A program made the translations under genes and the position numbers. Shown piece after piece: positions 11,621 through 43,731 of a stretch of DNA of 49,274 nt. Every line of letters begins with the position of its first letter. The stretch's first letter is position 1. The notes beneath the pieces are model-generated. The model searched no databases. It was not told where the DNA came from and was given only the letters and a program-made list of their open reading frames with translations. This stretch comes from Salpingoeca rosetta (taxonomy: Eukaryota; Protista; Choanoflagellata): positions 1,724,045 through 1,773,318 of the forward strand of contig JAWQFM010000007.1 in NCBI GenBank assembly GCA_033442325.1, written 5' to 3'.

Positions 11621-13432
11621 ATGGGCAAGGGTGGTGTTGCTGAAGGGGTTGTACCACCAGGACAGAAGGTGGTGGAAGAAGAGCAAGAAGAGGAGCAGCG
11701 GCAGAGAAGCAGCAGTCGTCATGCAAGTGTGCTTGAAGGGACTGGGCAGGCGGACGTGGGCTCGGCGTCGTGTGGATCATGGGGCTCGTCGCTAAGCGCG
11801 GTGGAGGAAGAGCTTGCAGCACTGCGCCACCGGCACGCGCAGCTGTTGGCGGAGAAGGAGGCTGTGGACGGCATGCTGGATGACGCGGATGATGAGCTGG
11901 AGACCACGCAAAGCCGCCTCACTCACCTCGAGAAGACATGCAGGCAACAAGCTGCAGAGCTGCGGGCTGAGCGGGAGGCACTCATGCTGCTCCGGCAAGA
12001 CTACGAAGCCATGCAGGCAGATCTGGACCAGTCCCGTCACCACCAACATCAACAACTACGCCGCAGCCGACACGACAGCACCGGCGACGGCTGCCTGGAC
12101 ATGGCCCAGCTGGACGAGGTCAACCTGCAGATGCGCAACGCAGGTACATTGGAGGGTGACGAGCAATCGACGTCATCGCCAGTCAGGGCCGAGGTGCAGC
12201 TGGACGATGCGGGCGTGCGCGCATCTCTTGCGTCCATCCTGCCTGCTGACATGGCTGCACGGCTGTTGCAGGCGGAGGACGCGCAGACCCAGCTCCTCAC
12301 GTTGGTGGAGCAGCTGCAGCTCAGCCTTTCAGCTCAACAGCGCGACAACGACGACCCTTCACAACGACGACCACAGCCAGAGAACAGCGTGCTTGCCACG
12401 ACACATGGCACGACAGCAACCTGGCAAGAAGAACAAGCAGAAGCAGAACAAGCAGAAGCAGAACAAGCCGAAGCCGAAGAAGAAGCAGAAGAAGGCAGTG
12501 AAGGGAAACGGGAAGGGCAAGCCAGGAATACAGCCGATGCAGCAGACGATGAACCGCCTCAAGGGGCGGGCGTGGACGACAGCCTGGCGGGCACGCAGCA
12601 CCCGACGAGCGGCGCTGACTCCGATGTCGATGTCGAAGACACGACATCATGCCATGAACTCAGTTTGGCCGAGGAGCTCTGTCAGGCTGATGAACATCTT
12701 GCCAATGAAAGCACGGTGGGTCCCCCGGCCAGGGCAGGTGACGAGGAGGACGTACTCAAGACAGGCACGCTCAACAGCTGCAGGGAACCCGCACTTTCTC
12801 ATCTTAGTCGGTCTGTGGATGGCAATGCCACTGGCGGTTTTGGTGAATATGATGCCACCCGTGCTTGCGATGAGGAGGATTGCAGTCGCACGTGGGACGA
12901 GCACATTGGTCAGCAGCGTCTTGACGCAGATGAGGGTGAACATGGCGTAGATGGGGAAGATGATGACGAGTTCTTTGATTGCAAAGCGGAGATGATCGTG
13001 ACGGTTGAGGACGACATCAACAGCACGGTGTCCGCAACAGCGGCGGGGACCCACACATCCAATGCAGGCGCCAACGCCAACCACGGTGTGGAGAACACGA
13101 GCTGCACTGGCCCTGCCACCGGCGTGTGTGGTGGTGAGCAGCGTACGCCAGACAGTAGTTGTGATCTTGATGATGCTGACGGTGGTGGTGATGATGGTGG
13201 TGGTCGAGTTGTGCAGGCTGTGATGAGTGAGGATGCTGTGCGTGCAATTCTGAGCCATGGCCCGCAGCCCGTGCCTGAATTACAACGTCAGCTGATTGAG
13301 GACAGCGGGTTGGCGAGCAAGTATAGATCACAGGCCCAGCACCAGCTCCGACATGTGTTGGCGGAGATGGAGGCCAAGGACACCCTCGTGTTCACCGTGC
13401 AAGGCACGGCCCTGTTGGCCGTCCTGAGATAG
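11621..13432 (+). CDS. Uncharacterised intronless protein: N-terminal coiled coil, acidic disordered middle, short ordered C-terminal domain
   Basis: About 600 codons open from ATG 11621, with coding-like composition and no microsatellite. Heptad-like segment VEEELAALRHRHAQLLAEKEAVDGMLDD...LRQDYEAMQADL. No family recognised. Confidence 0.7.
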   Translation: MGKGGVAEGVVPPGQKVVEEEQEEEQRQRSSSRHASVLEGTGQADVGSASCGSWGSSLSAVEEELAALRHRHAQLLAEKEAVDGMLDDADDELETTQSRLTHLEKTCRQQAAELRAEREALMLLRQDYEAMQADLDQSRHHQHQQLRRSRHDSTGDGCLDMAQLDEVNLQMRNAGTLEGDEQSTSSPVRAEVQLDDAGVRASLASILPADMAARLLQAEDAQTQLLTLVEQLQLSLSAQQRDNDDPSQRRPQPENSVLATTHGTTATWQEEQAEAEQAEAEQAEAEEEAEEGSEGKREGQARNTADAADDEPPQGAGVDDSLAGTQHPTSGADSDVDVEDTTSCHELSLAEELCQADEHLANESTVGPPARAGDEEDVLKTGTLNSCREPALSHLSRSVDGNATGGFGEYDATRACDEEDCSRTWDEHIGQQRLDADEGEHGVDGEDDDEFFDCKAEMIVTVEDDINSTVSATAAGTHTSNAGANANHGVENTSCTGPATGVCGGEQRTPDSSCDLDDADGGGDDGGGRVVQAVMSEDAVRAILSHGPQPVPELQRQLIEDSGLASKYRSQAQHQLRHVLAEMEAKDTLVFTVQGTALLAVLR

Positions 13433-13557
13433 CGCCCCCCCGTGTGTGTGTGTGTGTNNNNNNNNNNNNNNNNNNNNNNNNNNNNNNNNNNNNNNNNNNN
13501 NNNNNNNNNNNNNNNNNNNNNNNNNNNNNNNNNNNNNNNNNNNNNNNNNNNNNNNNN

Positions 13558-23232
<9,675 letters not shown>

Positions 23233-24078
23233 CCTTTTTTGGTCACTGCTTGGCAAGCAGCGTGCGTGTGTTTACATGTGTGTGGCGTTAGCCAGGGGCG
23301 CCAAACGAGCTTGCCGCAGCTCACAAGCAGAGACATGCAAAGAAGAAAGGCAAGTGACATGAAAGCAATGCAGCCAGATACACACACACACACACAACGC
23401 ACACAACACACAACAATACACAGAACAGAACACGCCACACACAACAATACACAGCACACCACACACAACAATACACAGCACACCACACACAACAACACAT
23501 ACAACTGCATAGACTACAACCCACCCTCAAGTACACATCCCACTCACTCCCCTTCCCCCTTCCCCCCTCCCCCCTCACTCAACAACACACAGCACGCTGC
23601 CTCAGCATCATGCTCATCCTTGTCAGCATCGTTTCCTCACCTCCTCCTCCTGTCGCTGGTGCTTCTGGTCTTGTCCAGCGGGAACCCAAACAACAACAAC
23701 AACGAACTACCACTGCCTCGGAAAATCTGCGGTGATTTGCACAAATCGCCAACAAGTGTTGTGGCGTGCTAAATGAGAGAAACACCGTATTTGAGCCCAG
23801 GTATCGAAATGTCTGTATGGCTGCATTTGTGTTTTCCAACCTGAAGGAAAACAGCACTTGACAACGACGTTTGCCCAGCCCGTTTTTCGCGGTGGATACA
23901 AATTTCACCTGTGTCACTGCGCATTAGCCCCACAGTGGGGCTTACGAAATCTACACCATCCCAGCTTCCGCACCGCCAAAATTAACTGCGTGAAAAAACA
24001 CTTGCGGCAACCACAGCAACCACCACAAGCAGCCAAACACTCGCAAACACCCTTGCTTGCTTCTTGGCTTTTTTGTAG

Positions 24079-25602
<1,524 letters not shown>

Positions 25603-25943
25603 GCGCAAGGCCCCCTCCCGGCCTGACCTCCACCACCACCGTCTTCACTGCTGCAATTACCTGCCATTGTTTTGGCTGTCCTTTGATGACTGGTTGATGC
25701 TTCTGCATTTGTTTTGTGTGTGTTGAGCTGTCTGGTGGTGGCGCGTTTGTTCACTCTTCCACCCCTTGCCTTTGCTGCAAGCGACCGTTCCATGTCCCCA
25801 ACCATCCAATACAAACACTGAATCCAACAACAATTGCAGCAAAGAGGAATAAGTTGTCCAACAGAACGAAGTTATGATGAGTGTTGTGTGGGATGTCACA
25901 CATGACGCGACACTGGCAGTGGCTGTTTTGTTTGGTTGGTGGT

Positions 25944-33472
<7,529 letters not shown>

Positions 33473-33892
33473 GGTAGGTGTTCCTTGTCCGCTGTCACCC
33501 ACGCTGGCGAAAGATTATTCGCCAACACACATGCAATTCTTCAGTAACCGCTGTGTGTGTGTGCGCGACTGGCTCTCTCGCTCTGTTGCATTATGTGTGC
33601 ATGTCTGACTTAAGGTCTCACCCTCCCTCTCTCGCTCCCTCTCCCTCTCTCTGTGCCGACAGTATCTCGTCCCCACCATGTATCCCTAATTCTCCCATTG
33701 ACTTTGCTGAACTGTTTACATCACACTCGTACACCCCGGTTTGCACAACACTATCATCGTCGCTCACAAAATCCATGAACAAAGTGATGTGACAGACGTG
33801 ACACTACGCCGACCTATTTCTGGTGAAGAACGAATCCCAAGCAAGTACACGCTCACCCACATGCATACACACCCACTCCCTCACACCGTCGA

Positions 33893-36800
33893 TTACGCGT
33901 TGCTGCCGCTGGCGTTGTTGGTGACTCCATGGGCGGCGTTGCCCGCAGCATCCTCGGCATCGCTGCTGTTGCGGGAGGACGGTGGTGACGAAGGCGAAAA
34001 GTTCTTGTCGTCAATCGCTTCAGCCAACCGTCGCATCTCGCGCCAGTGGTCCTCTTCTTCCTTTCGCAGGCGCTCCGAGACAGACCCTTCTTCCTCATGC
34101 GTCTCCGCTTCTGCTCGGGCCCTCTGCCCACCGGCATTCACACTGCGCCCATCCATAGACCGCCGAAGCGAGTCGCCTTCCATCACGCCCCGCCTTCCTT
34201 GCTGCCGGCCCCATGTTTGCTCGCTGTGATAGCTGCTGCTGCCGCTGCCCCCGCTCACAGCGCTGCGCGCACTGCTGCTCCCCATTTGGCTGTTGGCGCC
34301 GTCGCAGGGCCCCGCAGTCATGGTGGCTGCGCGCAGCGTGGGTGATGAGGTGCCTTCAGATCCTCCCGACGTCGACACGTTGAGCCGCCTGCCGTCAATC
34401 GATGACGTGGGCACGTCTGCCTTGCGCCGCCGTCGCCGCCTCACAAATGCTTCCCCATCTTCACCCTGAAGTTGTTGCTGTTGCTGTTGCTGCAAACTGC
34501 GAGCCGTAGACGCATCGGGCGTACGCGCCACCCGCGATCCCTCCCGGCCGGCTCTTGCTGTCACCGTTGCAGTCGCTGACATTTGTGACGCTTCGAGCTG
34601 GCGACGGTGGCTGGCAGTCTGGCGTCGTCGGACGGGGGGTACGCGCCACCTTGCTGCCTCATCGCCCTCGGCACTCGTCGTGGACTCGTCCAAGTGCCGG
34701 CCAAATCGGCTCGAAAGAGGCAGCCGCATCGTCATCGCAAGCGCCTCCCGTGCCGTTCGTCGAGGCGTAGGGCTCGCGCCATCGCTGGCAGATGTCCTTG
34801 CTGTTGTGGGGACCGTTGCCGTGTGGCGCGGTGCTGCTGCTGAGTGGGGGCTTCTTCTCACCCCCATGGTCGCACCCAGCGCAGAGGTGGCGTCCGTCGA
34901 GTCGTCAGCATCACCAGCTCGCGCGTGGCTTGCGGCCGTTGTCGTTGGCATGTTTGTGGCTGTCGCTGCGCTGCTGTTGCTAGCCGTTTCGTCAAGCAGC
35001 AAGTCGCTCAGCGTCAGCTCGCGCCCGCTTGGCGAGTCCCAGTCCGCGCTCAACTGGTCCTCGTTGCTTCCACTGTTGTTGCTGTTGCTGTTGCTGTTGC
35101 TGTTGTTGGTGCCAATCAAGATGCCCTGAGTGCCGTCATCTCCGCTGACCCGTTGCCGCTGGTCATCCCTGGAGGGCAGGCGCATTGTCTGTTGCGCCCA
35201 GGCCCGGGGAGACAGTGGCGAGGTTGCATAATGTGAGCGGTGCTGTGGCTCACCCTGCGGTCCCAGAGAAGAAGTGTAATGCTGCACCTGCTCGCCTGTC
35301 TCTGACGCGCTTTCCTCCCTTCCCTCCGGAACGCTCTCGAGGTGCGGCCGGCCCGACTGTGTGCCACCAGCGCTCACCTGCACCATTCGAGGCGAGCGTG
35401 GCGGCGAGTCATCGCCACTCGACACCCGCTGGTAGCAAAACACGTCATCAGGATCATCAGAAAACGTCACCCGCTTTGTGCCTGCAGTGGCGGTTGTCGT
35501 GGTTGTTGTTGTCATGGTTGTTGTGGACGTCAGCGCCGGGCTGGTTGTCGCTGTCGCTGATCGTGTTGGTGTTGCGAATGGGGTGCCCGTGCCACCACGG
35601 CCAGACGCAGGCGATCCCGGTCCCTGGGCTTCCACCTCGCTGCCGTCCATGCCGTTGCTGTCATCGAGTTGCGACAACAGCAAGCGCGACAGCTGTCCGC
35701 TGTTGTCGTGTTGCTGTGAGTCTGCATCTGTGCCCACTCGCCCTTCCACGACCGTGCTCTCGGCGCTGCTGCTGAATCTGTCCCTGCGGTTGCGTGACGG
35801 CGTGATCGTTGACGAGGACCCGTCCGTCTCATCACCAGCACGTCCTGGCAGGTGATCGTGTCGGCGGAAGCGGAGTTCGCGTGCCGGCTGCGGGCCACCA
35901 CCATCATTGCGCCCGTTGTTACTGCCTTCATTGCTCACACCGCGCATGGCCAACGCCATGCGCTGTCGCTGGCTTGTTGGAGTAGCATGTCGCCGGTCCG
36001 AAGGTGCATGTCGGTGTGTTGGTGACGAGTACGTTGGTGTTCTGTGGAGGGGGCTGGCGCCTGTGGCTGACGAAGACACGCTCAGCTGTGAGTTGCCATG
36101 GCCGCGGCGGCGGCTGCGCATGCTCGATGCCGTGCCACGTGGCGGTGTCAAGAGCTGCTGGTGGTCGAGGGAGGCCATGTCATCTGCGCTTTGGGCGTTG
36201 GAGTCGTCAGAGAGTGACTGCGGCTGCAGCGTCGCGTTGACGTCGTCGTCGTCCTCCCCAAATTCACCACCGGCCTCATCCATCGTGGTACCATCATCGT
36301 CATCGGCGCCCTCGCCACCATCAGCGCCACGGAGGCGCACGCCATCGTGCCGTGGGGGCGAGTCCTCCTGCGACGAGACATCTGGCGATGACAGAAAGTG
36401 CTCGCACGCCTCAAGCACAAAGTTGTCGTCCTCTGGGCGGTCTTGCTGCGACGACGAGACGAAGCTCGCCTCCAGGTCAAACTGTGCCAGATCGTCAAGC
36501 AGTTCCTCCACAGACGACGGCGGCGATGTCGCGTAGTGGCTGCCCGGTGCCCGGCGCCGCGAGATCGGTGGAGCGTGTGGGCTGCCGTGAGCGGCGGGCG
36601 GGGACGTTTGTGGGGACGAGTCACCACCACCGCCGCCACCCAGCGCACCACCACGCGCGGTTGCATCCAGCCGCCCCAGGAGTGCTGACGAGGGCTCGTT
36701 TCTGAGCTGCGACTGCGATGGAGACACAACCTTCTCACCCGCGCCTGTTTGCTGCTGCTGCTGCTGCTGTTCGGGTGTGGATGCGGCAGAGGAAGAGGTA

Positions 36801-37589
36801 CGCGGCGGCTTCTCGGGGGTGGCGGGTCCGTTGGCGTCCGTGATCTTGGTGAGGTACTGAATGGCCTGTTCCAGCGTGTTCACGCCGCACAGGCTGAGCA
36901 CCGTGTCGATCCAGTTGCGAAGAATGGGGAGAACGGCGTCGTATTGGCGAAGACGGGCCATCACGCTGCAAGGTAGAAGAAATGGAGGGGGGGGGGGAGC
37001 AGGACAAGTGGTGGCGAAACGGGTGAGGCAATGAGGGTGGCGTTCGAGAGTTGAAGAGACAAAAGCACAAGAAAGAGAAGACTTGCGCATGGGCGCAAGT
37101 GTGTGTGTGTGTATGCGTGTGTATGTGTGTGCGTGTGTGTTGTCATAACATGGTGACAGTCTCAGCGTGTAAACAGACCTGTGGACGCAAGGGTAAATCT
37201 CCGAGGGCTTGCAGTCCAATGCCTGTTGTGAATACAAACAGCAATGACACAGATGAGCTCGCTTGCAGAGGTGATGTGGATTCGGCAGAAAATGCGGTGC
37301 GACGGTTCGGTTCCACGCACACATATGAACGCACCAGAGCTACATCCTCCAGGCGGCGCTTGTTTGACATGACCTCTTGTTTCTGCGTGGGGACAGTGAT
37401 AGCCAACGAGTTGAAGAAATTAGAAGCGTCAATCACAAAACACGCACTTGTGGAAGCCTTCTGATTGGCACACACACACACACACACACACACAGGCAGA
37501 CAGGCCAACAAACACACACACACACACACACTCTCTCTCGAAACCCGCACACACATATACACATATACGCACTCCCACAAACCACACCC

Positions 37590-37625
<36 letters not shown>

Positions 37626-39746
37626 TACATACACACACAACTAGTGACTCACCAAGTTGCTGATGATGGTGGCGGTGCTGTGTGCGACGCGATCCGGGCT
37701 CATGGAGCGTTGGGGCACATTCAACACATCGCAGATGGAGGCGAGCGCCTGGCGACTGGCGTTGAGGCGACCGCGGATGTGGCTCCACACGGGAATCAGT
37801 GCCGACGGCTCCGTCACCCCAAACAGCATCTGCGCGTGCTGCAATACGCGTTCTGAATCGCGGCGTGGTGAGGCAGCGGACCTCCCGGCGGCCTCGTGCA
37901 TGTCCAGCCGGCGCTGCAGCTGCGTGTGGTTGTCGCACAGCACCATCACCCGCTCCACCAAATCGTCAATGGAGTCGTTGGCGTCCAGCTGCCGTCCAAA
38001 CACCGGGTACACCCCGCCCGCGATCAGCTTGAGCGCGTGTGACGTCGATGCAAGCTTGTGCTTGTAGTCGTTCGCCTTCATCGCCACTCGACACACAACG
38101 TCCAGCGCCTGGCTCACAGGCAGCGGCGGCGGCGACGACGGCGATGATGACGACGGCGCATCGCCAGTGTGCCCACCCAGTGCTGCCGTTGTTGTTGTTG
38201 ATGACAGCGGATCGATCGTGGGTGACAGAGCATCGCCACCACCGCCCCCTCGCAACACCAGGAACATGTCTGCATCACGTGCAGCTGACAGTCGGTCACC
38301 GGCACCGAGGTGCGCGTCACCATTGTCATGGCCTACAGGGCCATCGTGCTGCTGCCTCTGCTGGTGCAGCAGTGCCGCTGCCGTGGACTGGAGCTGCCGC
38401 AGCACGCTGTGCATTGCGCCCGCTTGGAACACAAGCGCAGACCACTTGGACAGCGTGGGCACAATTTCCTCTGGGCTGACGTTCATCAGCCGGCACACGT
38501 CGCTCAGCACGCCCCGCAGCTTGTCCTTGCCCATCGACCGCAGCTTGTACAGGTGGAACTTGTAGTACTCTGCGCCATGTGTTGACTGCTGCTGGTGCTG
38601 CTGGTGCTGCTGGTGGTGGTCGGCGGATTGAGAGGGTGGGAACAGATCACCACGCACGAGAGCATCAAGTGCAGATGACGTGCCGTGCTGCTGCCCACCA
38701 CCTGCCGTGGAACTGGGCTGCTGTTGAAGGTGTCGACGCATATGGGCGAGGTCGTCCTCCAGCGTTGCGATCCGCTCCTGCGCTTCCCGCCACCCCGTCT
38801 GTGTGGGCAGGGCGCTCATCTCGAGCTCCTTGGCCTTGAGCTGCATCTGCAGTGACGACACGTGCGCCCGCTCCTCCGCCAGCACCTTCTCCAGATGCTC
38901 GACGTGTGATGACGACGCTTGCGAATCGCCGTCGCCGTTGCTTCCGCTGCTGCCGCCGCCGCCGCTTCGTGTGGGCGATTGCGATGGCGTACCGCCGCTG
39001 CCACGAAGGGAGAGCGAGAGCGATGATGGCGGGCGCAGCGCCTCCAGTTCTTGCAGCAGCGCTTCCATCTTCGCCTCGTACATCTCCACAACTTGCAGCA
39101 CGTGCCGGTCCGCAGGTGTGCCAGAGGAGCCGCCCAGCACGCGCTGCTGTTGCAGGTCGCTGTACACCTGGTCCAGTCGCTGCCGGCGTGCTGTGTCTGC
39201 CGCCTGTGCGTCCCGCACTTGCTGCGAGAGTCGCTCCACGTCGTGCTGCAGGCGGTCGTTCTGCGCCTGCGTGAACTTGAGCTTTCCTTGCAGCTGGGTG
39301 ATGCGTGCCTCCAGCTTGTACTGCGTACTGGCTGCGTGCTCCTGCTCTGCCTTGCGCATGTCGGCCTCGCGCTGGACGGCCTCGCGTTCGGCTTCGAGGG
39401 TTTCGTTCACCGCTTCCAGCTGCGCACCGATGGCCCTCACCTTCTCCGCGCTGCTGTGCTTGGCCTGCTTGGCGCGGGTGATTTCGCTGCTGAGGCGCCG
39501 CACGACGCTGGCGCGCCGGTCGTTGTCGGCGATGATCTGCAGGATCATTTGTCGAAGGCTGGCTGCCGAGTCTTCGCGCAGGACAGTGAGGCCCTCCACT
39601 TCAGGGCTGGCCGCCGCCACGAGCCGCACGGGGCGATAGCCGTGGCTGGCCAAGCACTCGTTCACCTCAGCCCATGCATCTTGGGCGCTCTCAGCCGCGG
39701 CAGCTGCCACTGGCGCACGCGATGCGCCATCCGCGCTCGTCATCAT
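33893..39746 (-). CDS. CEP70: Centrosomal protein CEP70 homolog with a long low-complexity C-terminal extension
   Basis: N-terminal [18 protein letters not shown]...[13 protein letters not shown], long coiled coil, [23 protein letters not shown]...LNVP and [32 protein letters not shown] resemble CEP70 blocks (recognised by eye). Large exons at ~37654-39746 and 33893-~36965, with small exons between. Confidence 0.7.
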
Positions 39747-39973
39747 GCTCTGTCGAGACACAATGGTGTTTGATGTGTAAGGTATGTGTGGGTGCGCGTG
39801 CGCGCATGTTTGTGTTTGTGTGTGTGTGTGTGTGTTTATGGGTTGCGTGTGCGTGTGTGTGCATGCGTACGTGTACGAGTATGTGAGTGCGTGCGTGAGT
39901 GTGGACGTGAGTGGTGGATGTACACATGCGCAAATGGATGAGCAGGCAGTGGGCAGGGGAGCGGAGTGAGTAG

Positions 39974-40036
<63 letters not shown>

Positions 40037-40683
40037 ATCGCACAACAACAAAGGAAACAGCATGCGTGCATACCATGCCGAGGTCACGTCGAGCAACAAC
40101 GAAGCGAAGCAAGAATGCAGCAGCAAAAAGGGTACGGGAGGATGATACGAACCACGAGCTGCTGTGTTGCGTTTGTGGCTCCTGTCGATGCGGCGTTTCA
40201 CTCCAACAGCAGCAATGCCAGTGGGAACTAATCAAGCAACCGCAGTCCGCTGCGCTGTTGAGCACACCCACCACCACCAGCTGCTAGCTAGCGTGGTCGT
40301 CCTGTTCGTCTTGGTCTGTATCGATGCGTGAGCGGCGCGCTGTTTGGGTGAGTGGCTGCGCTGTGTGATTGGCGCACTGGCGCATCACCGCACGGGTTTA
40401 GTGCCCGTTCGCCTCCGTTGTGGGGGGAGGCGGGGGCGCCGTTGACGCACATACATACCCCAGCAGCCATTCCACACATCGCTTGTGCCATCCTGTGCCA
40501 CAGCCACTCACTCGCACTCGTCTGTCATGCTTGGTGACAGTGGATCAGGTGGATAAAGACAACTGAGCAGTTTACTGCGTGCTTTCGCAACATTTGTGTG
40601 CGAAACTTATATTATCACAGCCGAGCGAGGGGCAGATGCTTCGCCCGCAGCACTCTGACGCATTTTGGGGAGAGTAACGGACA

Positions 40684-41883
40684 TCAGGCTTCCGCTTCGC
40701 GCGGAGCAGAGGAAGAATGCGCTTCGTTGATGGTGGGCAGCAGCGTCGTGGGCAGGGCTGTGCGCTGGGCCAGGTTTGGACACACGTCCATGAGCACGCT
40801 CAGCCATTCCACCCACATCTCCTTGGACAGTGGCTTCAGCACCCATGTCCTCTTCTTCGTCACCAGCTTCACAAACAGGCCCTGTGGTGAGCACGTGTGC
40901 GCGTGTTGTGTCAGTGAGTGAGGGACGGAGGGGTGCAGTGAGTGAGTGAGTGTGTGCGTAAATGTGAGTGAGTGAGTGAGTGTGTGCGTAAACGTGAGTG
41001 AGTGAGTGTGTGCGTAAATGTGAGTGAGTGAGTGTGTGCGTAAACGTGAGTCAGTGAGTGTGTGCGTAAATGTGAGTGAGTGAGTGAGGGAGGGAGGGGA
41101 GGGTGCAGTCACGTGCATTTGTGCACGCTACCCTCAAAGCACCACAACACAACACGCACACACACTCATCATGGAGCTTACGTTGTTGCCGCTGTAGCGT
41201 TGTGTGTACTCGACGGCTGTCACATCTCGCAGGTCAATCTGGTGGTGGGGATGGCCATCAGATGACGAGTGTGAGACATCTCCAGCTAAAGGGATAAGAG
41301 ATGCAAGGCCGCAGAGTCGCAGACACACACACACACACTCGCACCTTGCCGAGGAGCTCTTGGTTGTCGGGCGGACGGTAGTAGCGGATCTCCAGTCGCG
41401 GAACATCCAGGAAGAACCAGCGGTAGCGCCAGTTCTTGATGATGCCACCAACTGGTGTGAAGCAGAAGGAAACAGTCATCAATCGTGGCAGAGGGATCAT
41501 ACAGGGCAACGCACGTTCAAGCACGCACGCGCATGTGAAGCGAAACATGCCACACTTCTGCCCCCCTATCTCCCCATCCACCCATCCACGCACCCACACC
41601 CACAGACACGCACCCACCCTTCCACTCATCCACGCACACACCCTACGCACGTTTGTACATGTATCCTTTCAGGTTTGGGTGGTCGGCGCGGTGGCGAAAG
41701 CCCCTGAACACGGCGTAGCTGCTGGAGGAGGAGACAGATGCGCTTCGGTGATGGTGGCCGTCATCACCCACGGTTTCTTCATCCATCTCATCCTCCACGC
41801 CCTGGGGTTGGCGATTTGAGGAAGAGGGGGGGGGGGAGGCGGATGAGAGGCGACGTACAGACAGGCAGACAGGCAGACAGGCA

Positions 41884-41931
<48 letters not shown>

Positions 41932-42046
41932 ACACACACACACACANNNNNNNNNNNNNNNNNNNNNNNNNNNNNNNNNNNNNNNNNNNNNNNNNNNNNN
42001 NNNNNNNNNNNNNNNNNNNNNNNNNNNNNNNNNNNNNNNNNNNNNN

Positions 42047-42139
<93 letters not shown>

Positions 42140-43652
42140 CGTGTGTGTGCGTATGGTGCGAGGTGTTTAGGGGTTCGTATGGAGTTCTCAACGTGTTGTG
42201 GAGAGATTGCAGGGATTCGAAGCGGATACACACGCAGAGATCACACACACACACACATGTCACACATGCTCATGCCACCTACCAGCATGAAGAACGGGGC
42301 GTCGTGGCTGTCGTCTCGAATGCCGGCACGCGACGCGAACGGATGGCCGAGCAGCAGCCAGTCTTTCTGGATCAGCGTCTGTCGAGTGGCCACACACGCG
42401 CGGCAAGCAGGGGCGAGTCAAGAGTAAAACACGTGTAGTTGTGTTGGAACACGTGTAGTTGTGTTGGAACACGTGTAGTTGTGTTGGAACACGTGTAGTT
42501 GTGTTGGAACACGAAAGAACAGAGTTAGGGAGGTGTTGCGGAAACATGAAGTGCTGGAACTTAGCTCGCCATCGCCACCCTACCACTGACCTTGAATCCC
42601 TCCATTGTGCGGAAGTAAGGATCCAGAAGCAGGGACGTCAGGCTTGAGAGCTTGGTGAGGAAGGGAACGCATGAGGCGGTGCATGAACAAGGATGCGTTA
42701 AAGCAGGCAGAGTCGAGCAGTCACATGTGTGTAGGCATGAGTGCACGCAACAAAGTCGGACAGACGGAGAGACAGACAGACAGGCAGGCAGTCAAACAGA
42801 CACACATACATACACCCACACCCACACAGATACAGACAAATACACAGACAGACAGACAGACAGACAGATAGACAGGCAGACACACACATACACACACACG
42901 CAGTCATATATGCGCACACCACAGCCACGATTGAGCCCACCTGCAGGGCTTCATCGCGTCCTGATCCGAGGGAGAACAGCACGAGGCTGTCGTGCGTGGT
43001 GATGAATTCGGCAGCAACGCACGCCCAGTGCAGCAGGCTCGCCACGTGGTTGAGCCAGTTGGTTGACTCAATGCGCGTGAGGAACGACAGGACGTCCACC
43101 TCGTTGCACAGCGACTGCAGCTGCGTGAAGCTCTGGTGCAGTGTCTCCCCCGTGAACGTGAGCGCGTACTCGTCTGTTGCTGTTGGATCAAGCAGCCGCC
43201 ACCCTTTGGGCAGCGTCGCCTGGCGGTGAGGGAGTGTGTTTGCAGTGTCGTGCACATGTGTTAGTGTGGGTGTGTGTGCGCGCGAACATTTGCATGGGTG
43301 GATGTCCGGGATTCCACAATCAAAGGGTGCGATGAAGGACACCATTGTGCAAGAATGCAGAAGTCCCAGCTACAGCTGCGGCACGCACCGACATATCGGT
43401 GCCATGTGTGAACACGACGACGCGAGGGGACCTGCACATACGCACATATACACAGATGCACACGCAACACGCGTAACACACGGACGATAAGCTATTGACA
43501 TGCTTTAAGGGAAGAGTTCGAGGAAATACACACACACAGACACAGACACAGACACAGACACAATCACAGGCACAGACACAGACACAATCACAGACACACA
43601 CACACACACACAGACAGACACACAGACACAGACAGGCACAGACAGACAGACA

Positions 43653-43731
<79 letters not shown>

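Noticed and set aside
41880-42135. Second CA...gap...TG arrangement, and an apparently truncated myotubularin domain
   Set aside because: The expected C-terminal myotubularin exons are missing and probably lie in the gap, so the tracts may belong to different introns and the truncation is unproven.
42429-42513. Regular 20-bp repeats with a palindromic ACACGTGT core (CRISPR-like look)
   Set aside because: There are no spacers and no cas genes, and it sits in a eukaryotic intron. It is a minisatellite.
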